DNA of 63,479 nt, filler included, from Folioceros fuciformis (GCA_049999805.1; 20 parts of 20 records of this genome joined end to end with filler, not necessarily neighbours in it); one strand, 5' to 3'; positions 48,538 through 60,836 are shown, counted from the whole stretch's first letter. Notes: generated by a model from the letters alone, not told the origin. Translations and numbers: made by a program.

Positions 48538-49240
48538 TTTTCTTATAGTTGTGGGGTCCCCCTTGACGACCCGGGAAGCCACTTGTGGGGTCCCCCTCGA
48601 CGACCCGGGAAGCCACTTGGATCGTTGCTCTATCGGCAGGTAGTGCATCACTACCCATAATGCAGTGAGGGAGGTTATGTTTTTTTGGGCCAAGAAGGGT
48701 GGCTTCTTCTCCTATAAAGAGCGCCCATATACCTTGCTAAACGACGTCTCCATCATTGTAGACCTTTTCCTGACCAAGGGGAACCAGGTTTTTATAGCGG
48801 ACGTGGTGGTCATAGACCCCACTCAAACAACCATCAGCGAGCACGTTGTTATCAACCTCCTGAGTTGGGCAGCAAAAGGAAGCACGACAAGGAAGACTTG
48901 CAAGTACAAGCCCATGTAGCAGGGTCACTTGTTCATCCCGCTTGCTATTGAAACGCATGGGGCCATGGGTAAGGATTTTTCCAGGTTTTTGACAACCTAC
49001 GCGAAGGCCCATCATGTCAGCAGGAGCGGTGTAGGGCTTCCCCTATCCGGCGTGGTTGCATTTTTCCAACAATAGGTTTCGATTGCGCTACGAAAGGCTT
49101 TGGCAATTGCAATTTTTCGGACAACATCAAGCGCGGTGGATGCATTTTCAGCGGCCCCAGTGGAAAGTAGGCCATACCTTATACATGAATTAAACATCTT
49201 AGGGGCGATAGGGAGTTACAGGCTAGGTAGACGAGGGTGT
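48538..49240 (+). pseudogene. CRE/R2-superfamily non-LTR element C-terminus: zinc finger plus restriction-like endonuclease
   Basis: SCGVPLDDPGSHLLDRC...THNAVR, VD...IADVVV, RKTCKY, FIPLAIETHGAMG. Confidence 0.78.
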
Positions 49241-50479
49241 TATATCCCCATTTTTGGTTTTTCCTCATTGTGGGTTGTTCCCCTTGTCATGGGATAGATG
49301 ATGGAACTTCTATCTCGTTTTTTGTATATAGTCTTTAGATTTTGTAAATTAGGCCATTTAACAGTAAAAAGGGGAAAAATAAAAAGAAAATAACACAAAA
49401 AAAAACCTCACTAAGTTGCATTTGACCCCTTTTTTTACTAAACCAAACCTCTGCCCCAAAATTTAGTGTTTCATAGAAATCCAAAATTTTCTCGTTTCAC
49501 CAAAGGCCAAGGAACATCGTTTGATGAAGAGAGTCTTCCGTAGTCGCAAACACACATTCACGAGAACATTCGAGATATGAACTTTGCCCCTCGTCCTACG
49601 CTTTTGAGTCGGGAGGTGTTGCTTCAGCATTAAGTGACCTTGCTCTTACTTCCCAAATAGTTCTACCCTACTGTCGTGTTGCATTTGAGGACGTTACATT
49701 CAAGAACTTTTGACAACTCGTTTGCTAACTAAATTTGCTCGTGACCTAACCAAGCCCTACAGACCTATGAGATGGGAAATTGAGGTAGCAATGCCATATC
49801 GGGCGGGTAGATTTGCACTACAATGCACCCTATAATTGTCGTAGGGTGGCTACCCAGTGTTGGTGGCTTCCTAAGGAAGACCTACCACCTGCTCGAACCC
49901 AAAACCTGATAGGATTTCAGCCCACTTATTACTAAACATGTCCCCACTTTACAGACAATGAACATGCATCCTTTGACCTCCACCCTACAACACCTACCAA
50001 ACAAGACAGCGGATCACTACACGTCTTAGGTAGCCTCTTCTGTGTTGGGGACAAGCAAAAAATGAAACCAAAAATTGACTCTCGCATCACATAGCAGAAG
50101 TAGGAGTCCAACCCCTCCAAACCTATGGGTTAGGGTTGTAGAGATGAATTACTACCGCCCATGTAGGTATCCACACAGACCCAAAAAAAAAGACTAAGAA
50201 AAATGCACTTGTGGGCAAAACTTCATTTTCACAAGGTGCCCAATCCATACCTAGAAAGTTCTTGGTTCTACTGTAATGGATGCCCTTGCCAAAACTATGG
50301 CTAGAGAGGATGGAGGGACATGCTACTTGGTATGTATGTACTATAGGTATGTAGATCAAACATTATAAAGCTCTTTATTGCACCCTTTATTGTACTTGTA
50401 TTGGTTTGCAATTTAAAACTGGAAACTTATTTATCATCACTCCAAAGCTTAATTTTGTTGTGTTAAAACTTAAATAGGC

Positions 50480-51532
50480 TTAACTAGAAGTACTTTGTGT
50501 ACGACATTGTAAATCATTTTGACAAATATGTGAGTAAAGGTAGCTAGATTCTACCCAATTAGCTCTAAAGGATAACCAATCAAGCTCATTTTGAGGGAAA
50601 TAAAAGCCATAAGCATGTTCTTTCTGAAATATTGCTTCCCTTTCTTCATCACTTTTGTGCCTATTGCAATTAAAAACCCAATTCAGCCTCTTCATTTCAT
50701 CTGCATTTCCATTTGATTCTATATTTTCAAAATATTTTTCTATGTCAAGAGCAGCAAAGTTTACTTGAATCCATGCTATGTGCTCTCCTACTTCTCTAGG
50801 ATTGTTGTTAATGAAATTATTCTCAGTATATTTGTCTTCTATTTGAGGTGCTTCTTGTAAGATTTTCTTACAACTAGGGCATGTGTGAACCCTTGGAATA
50901 ACATTAACAAGAACCTTTGATTTTTCATCATCTCTTTCTTGGATTCTATGCTGCTCTTCTCCCTTTAAATCACCTTCTTTTTTGTTAATTATATCATTAA
51001 ATAGATTTTTTTCATTTCCAAGATCCTCATGTATGGGGTCTTCTTGTAAACTTCCATTATCAGTTCCAAGATTCTCTAAATTTTCTTCATCATGCTTTTG
51101 AACCTGTTCAAAATTTGGTTTTAAAAGATTTTGCTCCTGATCAATAGGAAATAGTATATCTGGTGTTCGTCTCTCAAGTAAAATATATTGTACAAAACAT
51201 CTTATATGGAAGGGGTGTTCACATTGATGAAGCCTTATCCAAAGCCACTTACGAAGTGTGCAATTACATAAATTACATTTATCTTGATACTCAATGATAC
51301 ACCCTCGAGGAAAGAGGTGAGTTGGTTTTTTGGCACAAGATGGTAAATGAGGCTTTTCCATATGAAAGCCTAATTGTGCCATAGGTTTTGCTTCATGTTT
51401 CTTACTTTCATTTACTCTATTATCATATTGTTTATCTACAAGTATGGCATGATTCACATAATCATTCTCAACAAATATTTTGCTATCTCTCTTATTAGAG
51501 GGAGTCATTGCAAAAGCCATGTACATTGCCAA
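50480..51532 (-). CDS. 350-aa ORF with a split RING-H2-like zinc finger; possibly one exon of a larger gene
   Basis: Uninterrupted ORF in AT-rich DNA; CNLC...CEHPFHIRC-x105-CPSC; donor-like AG/GTGAGT on the minus strand at ~51611. Confidence 0.7.
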   Translation of the reverse strand: MAMYMAFAMTPSNKRDSKIFVENDYVNHAILVDKQYDNRVNESKKHEAKPMAQLGFHMEKPHLPSCAKKPTHLFPRGCIIEYQDKCNLCNCTLRKWLWIRLHQCEHPFHIRCFVQYILLERRTPDILFPIDQEQNLLKPNFEQVQKHDEENLENLGTDNGSLQEDPIHEDLGNEKNLFNDIINKKEGDLKGEEQHRIQERDDEKSKVLVNVIPRVHTCPSCKKILQEAPQIEDKYTENNFINNNPREVGEHIAWIQVNFAALDIEKYFENIESNGNADEMKRLNWVFNCNRHKSDEEREAIFQKEHAYGFYFPQNELDWLSFRANWVESSYLYSHICQNDLQCRTQSTSS

Positions 51533-52014
51533 ACAAAAAGAAAACTATTTCAATTAAGATGATGTTATCATAAATTAGGTTTTTATTTAAAATATAATTA
51601 GACTTACTCACCTTAAGGTTTGACAAGGTAAATCAGTATTTATCTCAAAAGCAACATGTAACTACAATTTGGGGCAAGTGCTTGAAGTTAGTAGGACTCA
51701 AATATAGAGTTAACACAGAGTTTGCTTGGTTTTCTTTCTATTCCTTATAACATGGTCTACACTAAACTAAACAGTTATATTCCACAAAGCCTATTTCGGA
51801 AACAATGGTATCTCAATCAATACTCCATTTTTAATCATGTTTCTCAAAAACTAAGTTCTCTTGATACAGTCCACCCTCCCTAAATGTTACCTGTTGGCAG
51901 TAGGGCATTGGATANNNNNNNNNNNNNNNNNNNNNNNNNNNNNNNNNNNNNNNNNNNNTTAATTAATTAANNNNNNNNNNNNNNNNNNNNNNNNNNNNNN
52001 NNNNNNNNNNNNNN

Positions 52015-52650
52015 CGAGAGGGGAGTGTGTTCCCTTCTTTCTTTTCTTTGGGGTTAGTCTAGTTACTCTTGCCGGGTAGGAGGAGTTAGTAGGGAAGTGT
52101 AGAAGGTAGTGGTGTCGTTGTTGGTTGCTGGTGTTGATGTTGGAGCGAGAGAGTGAGTGAGTGAGGGAAGTCGCAGATCTAAGAGGTTAGGGTCGTTGTA
52201 GTGACTGGAGTGAGTTTGTGGGCACTAAGAGAGGTGCAGCTGACCGCTGGACAGCGAGGCCTATCCTACGCCTGATCAGAGATGGAGGGGAGCCCTCGAA
52301 TCCATCATCGAGTCGATTGAGTCCGACCCTCCATCCACAGCAGCAAGGAACCTCATTGCTCCTTCGTAGGAACGGAACCCAATGTCTCAACGACAGTGGG
52401 ATAAGTGTGGCCACTAAAGGTGGAACCCGTCGGCAATCAGTGCCCGGGGTTTTGCCTCCACAGCTAGGCTTCTGGCCTCTTTGTTGTGTGTGTTTGTTCA
52501 GGTCCATAGACCAGCTGATAGGTAGAAGTGTGAGTAGATAGCTGTAGGTGTTCTTTGTTCACTCCCTTGGGAGCGAATCATAAGACTGCAATGACAATAA
52601 GGGAAAGTGTGGCCCTTTGGTGGTTCTTGGGTGCAAGAAATCACTCCACA
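52015..52650 (+). mobile_element. Family A LTR 3' end (to 52462) followed by family B LTR 3' end (52463-52650)
   Basis: Same two termini as 32373-32779; the B part matches 2069-2255. Confidence 0.87.
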
Positions 52651-54906
52651 TAGCGGCAGCGGGGACAGGGTGGTATGTGGTCTAGCCAAGGCAGATCCGA
52701 CCAAGCAACTAGCTGATCGGCTGGGTAGGGGCCTGGTCATGGCGACTAGTCGCGGTGGGGCCAAACAGGCGCTGGCTGGATCGCCAGCCAGCCAGCGGGC
52801 AGGCCAGAAGCAGGCGGTTCCGGCCAGGCATCCAGGCAGCCACCGGGTAGCTCGGTGGCAGGCTAGTGGGCAAGCGACCGGCAGGTGAACCTGTCTGGCT
52901 AGATTTGGAGGAAGCTAGCGGCCTCTGGCAAATCGGCCTGGGCAAGCAGGCGACGGCTAGGGGAGTCGGGCAAGCGGGCAGGCTGCCTGGCCAGATCCAG
53001 GCTGGGCTGGCCAGCGGGCAAGTCTAGGCACGCGAGCCGGTTGGTAGGGGGCCTACTAGATTCGGCTGGCTTCCCAGCCAGATCTAGCCAGCCAGCAGGC
53101 TGGCCAGGCCACGGGCAGTAGCGGCCGTGGATGGCGTGCGATCGGATGGCGAGGAGGATCGATCGGCAGGCCTGGCGGGTTGAGCTAGGCTTGGCCAGGG
53201 TCTGGCTAGCAGGACACTCCGAGCATGGCAGGCCGAGGCCGAAGTCGGAAGTCGGGCGGTGGCCTGGTTGTAGGATCCCAGTAGGAGGCAGGCAGCCGGG
53301 ATGGACCCAAGTCAGCCAAGCCGGGGGGAAACAAACTGGTCGTGGCTAGAGGTGGCTGCTGGCTAGAAAGGTAGCCAACAGTGCCTGGCCGGGGGGGGGA
53401 GGAGTGTATGCGGCTGGCCAAGGTGGATTCAGGCCGACTGGCTGGGCTTGGCCAGTCAGCGGGCTGGGCTGATTGGGGCCGGCTAGCAGGTAAGGCCCAG
53501 GAGGAGCAGGTCAGGGGAATAGAACAGGCGGCTGGTCGGGCGGATCCTGGTAGGTGGGCCTGGCTGGCTGCAGTAGCAGATCGATCTGCAAGCTGGCAAG
53601 TTGGATTTAGCCAGCCAGGGGACCGGCTTGGCTGCAGCCAAAGGCGGCCAGGCACATAGCCCAAGGGCTTGCAGGGACTAGGCCCTGGCCGGCCAAGCAG
53701 GCAGCCAGAGGTGGCACTGGATCCAGGCCAGATGGGCCTTGGGCTAATCCTAGCGGTAATGGCTGGCAGTTGAGTTTGAGGTGGATCAAGGTGGCCGGTG
53801 GGCCAGGGAGATCCTGGCCGAGGGGGAGTCCGGGCCAAGAGGGATCCTGGCGGGTGGTGGGCTATTGAAGAGCTTAGTCAGCAGCCCAGCCCGGCTGCTG
53901 GGAAGCAGGCATGCCGGCTTGCAGGCTCCTAGACTAGTCAGCAGCAGGTCGGCAAAGCCAGGTCGAAGCCAGGAGCACGCCAGGCAAGCTGGATGGATCA
54001 CGGCCAAGCAGCAGGCGGGGCCGGGCGGATCCAAGCTGATTGGGACCAGGGCTGGAACTGAAGGCTGGCAAGCGTCCCAACAGTAGGATCCCACACAACG
54101 GCTGGCTGGGTGGGATCATGGCAAGTAGCCGGGTAGGCCAGGCGGGGGGCTGCCAAGGTCGAAGATAAGACACTCTAGGGTTGTGGCAGACGGCGGTGGA
54201 GTCCAGGCAAGTAGGTGGAGCCAGGACGTGCAAAATCGGGCTCAGCGGGATTGAAGCCGGCAGGAGGCCCAGCGGCAGTCGGATCCAAGCCAGGCGGCTG
54301 TGGGCTTCGGGGTGATTCGGGCTCTGGCCGATCGGCCAGAGCCAGTAGCGACAGTGGATGGCGTGCGGCTAGGTGGCGGGCAGAGTCGATCAGGCAGCAA
54401 ATCGGCTGGGGAAGGACCCAAGAGCCGGGCAGTGTATGGCTGCAGGAACCCAAGCAGCCAGGCAGGCTGGCTTCCGGCCTCCAAGTAGACGAAACCAGCA
54501 GGTAGGCTGGCTGCCTGGCTGGATTCGGAAGGCAGGAGGCCAGTGTGTGGCCTCGGTGCAGGCGGCTTGGTCGGCGCTGAAGGCTGGCTGCGTGGGAGGA
54601 AGGGGCTCTAGACGGCTGGGGCTAGATTCAGTCGGCTAGGCGGATTAGAGGGGAGCGCTGGCTTCCAAGTGACCGACGCTCCGAGCAGGCGGGTGCCAAG
54701 ATCAGTCTAGCAGGCTAGCTGGTTGGTGGAGAATCTAAGCCTGGCCGGATTGCTGGGGCTGAGCGGGGCCGGGGTGGCAGGATCCAGGCAACAATGGTAG
54801 GTGGGCCTGGATCGTGTTGTGCAGGCTGGTCTGGGTCGTATTAAGCAGGCGGCAAGATCCGGACTTGTTGACCAGACGGGCTGGGTCGCCGCTGCCTGGC
54901 GAGGAG
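52651..54906 (+). repeat. 2.2-kb GC-rich, strand-skewed degenerate repeat tract (GGC/CAG/GGATC words)
   Basis: Low-complexity word repetition, no coherent protein, homology to 1-380. Confidence 0.75.
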
Positions 54907-55219
54907 TGTGGAGGCAAAACCCCGGGCACTGATTGCCGACAGGTTCCACCTTTAGTGGCCACACTTATCCCACTGTCGTTGAGACATTGGGTTTCGTTCC
55001 CACGAAGGAGCGATGGGGTTCCTTGCTGCTGTGGATGGAGGGTCGGACTTGATCGACTCGATGACGGATTCGAGGGCTCCCCTCCAGCTCCGATCAGGCG
55101 TAGGACAGGCCTCGCTGTCCGGCGGTCAGCTGCACGTCTTTCGGTGCCCACAAACTCACTCCAGTCACTACAACGACTCTAACCTCTCAGATCTGCGTCT
55201 TCCCTCACACACCTCACTC
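54907..55219 (-). mobile_element. Family A LTR 3' end
   Basis: Begins TGTGGAGGCAAAACCCCGGG on the plus strand. Confidence 0.88.
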
Positions 55220-55319
55220 NNNNNNNNNNNNNNNNNNNNNNNNNNNNNNNNNNNNNNNNNNNNTTAATTAATTAANNNNNNNNNNNNNNNNNNNNNNNNN
55301 NNNNNNNNNNNNNNNNNNN

Positions 55320-56670
55320 ATGATGCTGGATTTCAATGTGTTTGGTTCTAGCATGAAAACGTGGACGCTCTACAAGTGCTAAGGCGTACTGGTTGTCACA
55401 GAACAAGGTAGTGGGTGATTTCTGCTCTGCATGTACTGATGCAAGAAAATTACGCTCTATCTCCTTGACAGCCTCTGTCAATCCCTTGTATTCTGCCTTA
55501 GTGCTACTAAGTGCAATGCTTGTCTGCTTTTTGCAGCTCTAATTCACTGCTGCTGAAGCAAGAAGAAAGGTGTATGTGGAGAGGCTTTTCTGGAATCACC
55601 ATCCGAAGCCTAGTCTACATCAACGAAGCCGTGCAAGGTAGGCACTTCACCACTTCTCTTGTAGTGTAGCCCTAGGTAGCAGGTTCCTTTCAAGTATCTA
55701 AACACACGCTTGACTGCTATCCAATGATTCCTTCTAGGACGCTCCAGAAACTGGGAAGCACTGTTAACTGGATACGTTATGTCAGGTCTGGTCTGGTCCA
55801 GTTACTCACAAAAACCAAGCTACCAATTGCGTGGCGATAAGGCACATCTTTCATATCAACAATGTCAGTAGCTGAAGTGGGAGAGTCCATAAGGGAAAGC
55901 TTTACTATAGAAGCTCTAGGTGTGCTGGCTGAATGTGCTTTATCCATATTGAATCTACGCAGTATCTCTGTGATGTACTTGAGTTGGTGCATGATGATGA
56001 GGCCTTGCTCACAAACACGCAGAACTTGAATGCCAAGGCAAAACTTCAATTCACCAACGTCTGTCATTTTGAATTCACTGCGAAGCATGGCCTTTACCCT
56101 TCCTAATAGCAGTTTGTCACTTGCTGCAAAGATGGCATCGTCTACATAGACTGCAAGGAGTACATAGGAGGCACCATCGTCATAAATGTAAACAGAAGGG
56201 TCGGCAGGGCTCTGTCGGAAACCAAGTGACTTCAGACAGGTATCTAGTCGTGCATTCCAGCGTTCTGCACTCTGCCGTAGACCATACAGCATTTTATAAG
56301 TTGACACACCCAGTCTAGATGTGCAGGGTCTTCATAGCCCTCGGGCTGCTCCGTGTACAACTCTTCCTCAAGAACACCATGGAGAAACGCGGTCTTAACG
56401 TCCATCTGCTGAAGCTCAAGATCGTGTTCAGTAGCGAGGGCAAGCATCAGGCGAATGGATTGTGAATGTACCACTGGCGAGAAAGTCTCCTGAAAATCGA
56501 GACCAGGTACTTGGGTGAAGCCCCGGGCACAAAGTCGTGCCTTGTATCTTGCAATTTCTCCCTCTGCATTCAACTTATGCTTAAATACCCATTTGCAGGT
56601 AATTGGACGTCGACCTTGGGGATGAGGTACGAGCTTCCAGGTGCCATTGTCCATGAGGCTTTTATATTCA
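55320..56670 (-). mobile_element. Ty1/copia RT-RNase H
   Basis: [46 protein letters not shown]. Confidence 0.95.
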
Positions 56671-57472
56671 TGTGAACCTCCAAAGTTTGGGGTAGTGGTT
56701 TGTTTTGGTTGAAAAAGGGTTGATAGCGGTATGGTCTGGTTTTCTTTTTCTACTTATTTTCCCTAATTTTCCTTGATTTTCTGGTCATTTTTCCTATTTT
56801 TCTTTGTGCTAATTAGGTTAATTGACCAGGAAATAGTTGGTTTGGTTAGAAGAGTGGGTATAGGTTTGGTTCCAGACCTGGGAAAGTTTAGGTCCGGTAC
56901 CGGGCCATAGGGTTATTAAAGCCCAATGTGCTTAGGCTAATGTGATTAGTTTAATTAGGCTAATGTGATTAGTCTAATTGGGCTAATGTAATTAGTCTAA
57001 GATTAGTGTTTAATTAAGTATCATTAGTTTAGATTAGCTTAAGCTAATTTTTAGGAAGCTTCCTGCATAGCTTCCTGTGATCTTCTTGTGAAGCTTCCTT
57101 GGGAGCTTTTCTAGAGGGTATAAATACCCTCTTGAGCTCCCTTTTCAAGAGAGATGAGAGAGATGGGAGAGACATTGTGACCTCTCTTTCTCCTCTTCTC
57201 CTCTCTTCCTCTCTTCTCCTCTCCTCTTCTCCTTCATCATGTGGCTCCCTTTCTGATCCTTCAAGGATCACAAGGTGTAATGACCAGGGTGAAGGGGTTT
57301 GCCCCTAGCTCTTGATTGTAAAGGATGTGTCTTTCTCTCGACCTGTCCACTCTTGTTCCCTATTTGGACAAGTGCTATAGGCCGGTCATGTTTCATGGCG
57401 TCTGATAAGGTTGTGGGGAGGAGACATCCGAGGGGGTGTGGGGGGAGAGTGTGTTCCCTTCTTTTTCTTCTT
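56671..57472 (+). mobile_element. Family A LTR 5' and central part with TATA box (57119-57126)
   Basis: TGTGAACC start; its right end GAGTGTGTTCCCTTCTTT overlaps the start of the 52015 segment; short tandem repeats at ~56931-57000. Confidence 0.82.
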
Positions 57473-57572
57473 NNNNNNNNNNNNNNNNNNNNNNNNNNNN
57501 NNNNNNNNNNNNNNNNTTAATTAATTAANNNNNNNNNNNNNNNNNNNNNNNNNNNNNNNNNNNNNNNNNNNN

Positions 57573-60500
57573 GCTTTGTCCTGTATCCAGAAGCGGGGGG
57601 AGTGGGAGTAACTTGAAGCATGAAGCGGCTGAGGAAGGAGAAAGCGCCAAGACGACGGGACAGACGGCGCAGGGCGTAAGGGTTGAGCAGGCACAGAGGA
57701 GTGGAAGACCTCCAAGGCGCGAGCGGTGGAGAGAGCTGGGCGAACAGAGGAAGAGCCAGAGCGCGACTAGGACAAAAGAGTTCCGAGCCCGAGCGTGAGG
57801 GGAGGGGGACAGGCAGGATGAGGTCGCGGCCTGAACTGATTCCTGGAGCAGCAGCCTCTGGACAGAAGGGGGGACCTCCTTTCCCCCAAATCGACCTGCT
57901 TCTGTGGCCCAATATGGAGCACTAGAGGGTCAGGGCAGGAAAATTGGTGGCAGAGTTGGGTTTGACTTTTATGACCCAGAAGTGGAACCATGCAGCACCC
58001 CAGCTGGTCAGGGAGTGCGCCCTGAGGCTGATAGAGCCTGTACGCGAGGAGGGGATCAGAGGCAGACCCTAGGAATGGAACTTGGAGTTGATCAGGAGGG
58101 TCTACGAGCGCGACCAACAGGAGGAAGGGGGACTGGTGCTGGAGTCCCTGAAAAGGCGTGGCGGAACGGGAGCGGCGGAAACACTGCTCAAGGCAGGCAC
58201 GAGAAAGGAAGCGAACGGGTGGCTGGTGCGCGACATGGCAAGTCCCCAGCTGTTGGGATTGGCCAGGTGGTTCCTGAGCTTCTTCCAGGTACGCAAATAG
58301 GATTATCTGTCCGATCAGATGCTCCTATTTGTGCATGAAGTAGTGAAGGGCATCAGGATTGACTGGGGAAGGATTTTATACACCCGAATGGATGAGGAGA
58401 GGCAGAACCTGATCCGACCCACCCCTGAACCTTGTATGATTTCCCCGTTTCTAATCCACGTGTACAGTTACGCTAACCTGGTCACTGAGCTAGAAAGGCT
58501 GGCCTCGCTGCACTTGTGGAAGCCAATTCGTGATGTGAAGTGGAAGCCCGCTGAGCCAGCAAGGGTTGCCTCTAGCAGTTGGAAAGCTGACGGTGGGAAT
58601 AGCTCGCAGGAGGAAACCCCAGTCAAGCCAGGAAAAGGGTGGCCCCACAAAAGAAGGCTCCTGCCAGGAGGAAAAGGATCAGAGGACAAAGTGTGAGCAT
58701 GGGGGCTGATGAGGAGGAAGGGGGGACAGCCCTGGAGCAGACAGGTCAGCAGGAGGCAAAACGAGAACCAGCTGTACAGGGAATGAAGAACTGAAGGTTG
58801 GAGGAGCAAGGTTAGGGTGGGACAAGACCCGAGGAGCCACCGGATCAGGTGATGGCAGCCAAAACAGTTTCCTCCAGACAGGAGGATAAGTTAGGGCACG
58901 TTTCAGCACAGGAGGGTTCCTCAAGGTGGAAGGACATTTTCAGGTGCAGGCCTCAGAGAGACAGGTTGCAGGTGGGGGACCTGAACAAGTTGCGAGAATT
59001 CCTGGGCAGACAAATCACGGCGAGAGGAATGGGCATCGGAGGGGTGTAGGAGGTGGACCTACCCGGGCTGAATGCTGCGATGGTGCAGGCCCAAGCAGAC
59101 CTCCTGGATCAGGCTGCTAGGGCCCTGACCTAGTTAAGTGTAGAAGCGGAGCGAGAGGCTGAGGCTTGGGGAAAGGAGGAGAAGGCTCGTGAGCGAGAGG
59201 CTGAAGCAAGGAAGCAATTGGCGGAGTCGGAGATGGCGCGGCAACTGCTGGAGGAGAAGCAGCAGGTCCTGGACAGGGAGAAGGCTCAAGCCGAGGAAGA
59301 GGCGCGCGAGGCGAGGGCTGAAGTGCAGGCGCTGAAAGAGAACAGGGGACCCTGCTAGCTCAGGTGAGGGAGGCTCACGAGACTAACCTGGAGATGCAAC
59401 AGGAAATGGCTAGGGCACAGGAGATGGAGATAGCCGCTGTGGAGCAGGCTCAGAAGTTGGCTGACAGATACAAGAGGGAGTGGGATGAGGCTAGAGAGAG
59501 AGTGAAGGGGAAAAGCAAGGCTGGGCGCCCGAGTCAGTCGGTGCCCCCGGTAGCAGAAGGGGCTACCGGTAGCCAAACCAGGGGAACGTTAGTTGAGGGG
59601 ACTACCGGTAGTTCGGTAGTCCACGGGACTACCAGTAGTCGGGTAGCCGACGGGGCTACCGGTGGCCCAGCAAGGCCCAGGATAGCGGAAGAACCAACCC
59701 TGGAAACGAAGGAGGAAGCAGTAGGGGCGCCTGCCCCTAGGCGCTCCAGGAGGGTGACCCTTACCAAGAGGATAGAGCCGGAGGAGGCAACAGCTGGGCA
59801 GGCAGAGAGCCTTCAGGTACCCTAGCAAGAGGGGGAGCAGGCAACCCGAGGTAGCCCAAGGGAGGACGGGGTAAGCACCTCTGTTATGACAGAAGGTCGG
59901 ATTGTGCTACAGTATGAGGAGGAGGCCTCCTATGTGCCAGGCTTGTATGTAGAAGGGGCCACAGTTCTGAAGCTGTTTCTGTATGTACGTATGGGCACAG
60001 GAGGGACGCGGGGCTACGTCCTACAGCTGAGGACGCGCCTGGGACTCTACCACTACAGATGGTGGGTGACAGGACTGCCCCACTGCTATGCGAAGGCAGT
60101 TCTGGAGGAATTGATGGAAGAGGAGGCCCAGCGCTGGGAAGAACGGGGGCCTATGGCTGTCCTCAGCAACCAGAGTAGGAGGAGGGGTGGTGGACCATAG
60201 CGGCGGGACCCACCTGCGACGCCAGCCAGGTCCAGCTGCAGCAGCAGTGATGTGGAGATCCTCTGGGAGGATCTGCCGGACCAACGGAGGGGCAGAAGAG
60301 CGAGAGAAGGAACAGCAAGGAGTGACACGCGAAGGCCAGGAGGAAGCCGCTAGCAGCGTGGAAAACGGCGATAGTAAATGCAGGCTAGAATAGGATTTTT
60401 TTTTGCGTGCTTTATTTGGACCTAAGTCGCTCAGAATTTAAGAGCGCAGCTTCCCTACCTGACAGACTTTATGGCGGAAAAACCGCCATCACCGTGTACA

Positions 60501-60836
60501 AGAGGCCGGTTTAGAGGCCTAAGGAACTAGCAAGCACCAGCCAAACAGTCGACCTTGCAGGGACCTAGCGATGGCCGTTGCTGGACAAGAGGTCCAGGCA
60601 AGGGAGCGCACGTAGCAACCAGGGGTGCGGGTGTAGGTGGTAGGCGCTCCGTGATCAGGTCCGGGGATGAATCGGGAGGAGGAGCCTCGCCGAGTGGGAG
60701 AGAAGCTCCCCACCTATCCTCGAGGTGGTCACGTGGGGTGGTGTGGGTGTCGGAGCCGAATCCGCGAGTGTGGAGCGGAAGGGACTCCCCTTCCCTTAGC
60801 TCCGGTGCCTCACCATTCCTCAACGTTAATTGGAGC
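57573..60836 (+). mobile_element. Family C repeat, copy 3: long decayed accessory ORF plus convergent ORF
   Basis: ORFs 57683, 58082 and 58319 are in frame (IDWGRILY...ISPFLIHVY), followed by a coiled coil, GATGS peptide repeats and a conserved C-terminal domain. Confidence 0.85.

Noticed and set aside
52651-54906. Many overlapping Pro/Gly/Ala/Arg-rich ORFs as genes
   Set aside because: Expected from GC-rich low-complexity DNA; no recognisable motifs.
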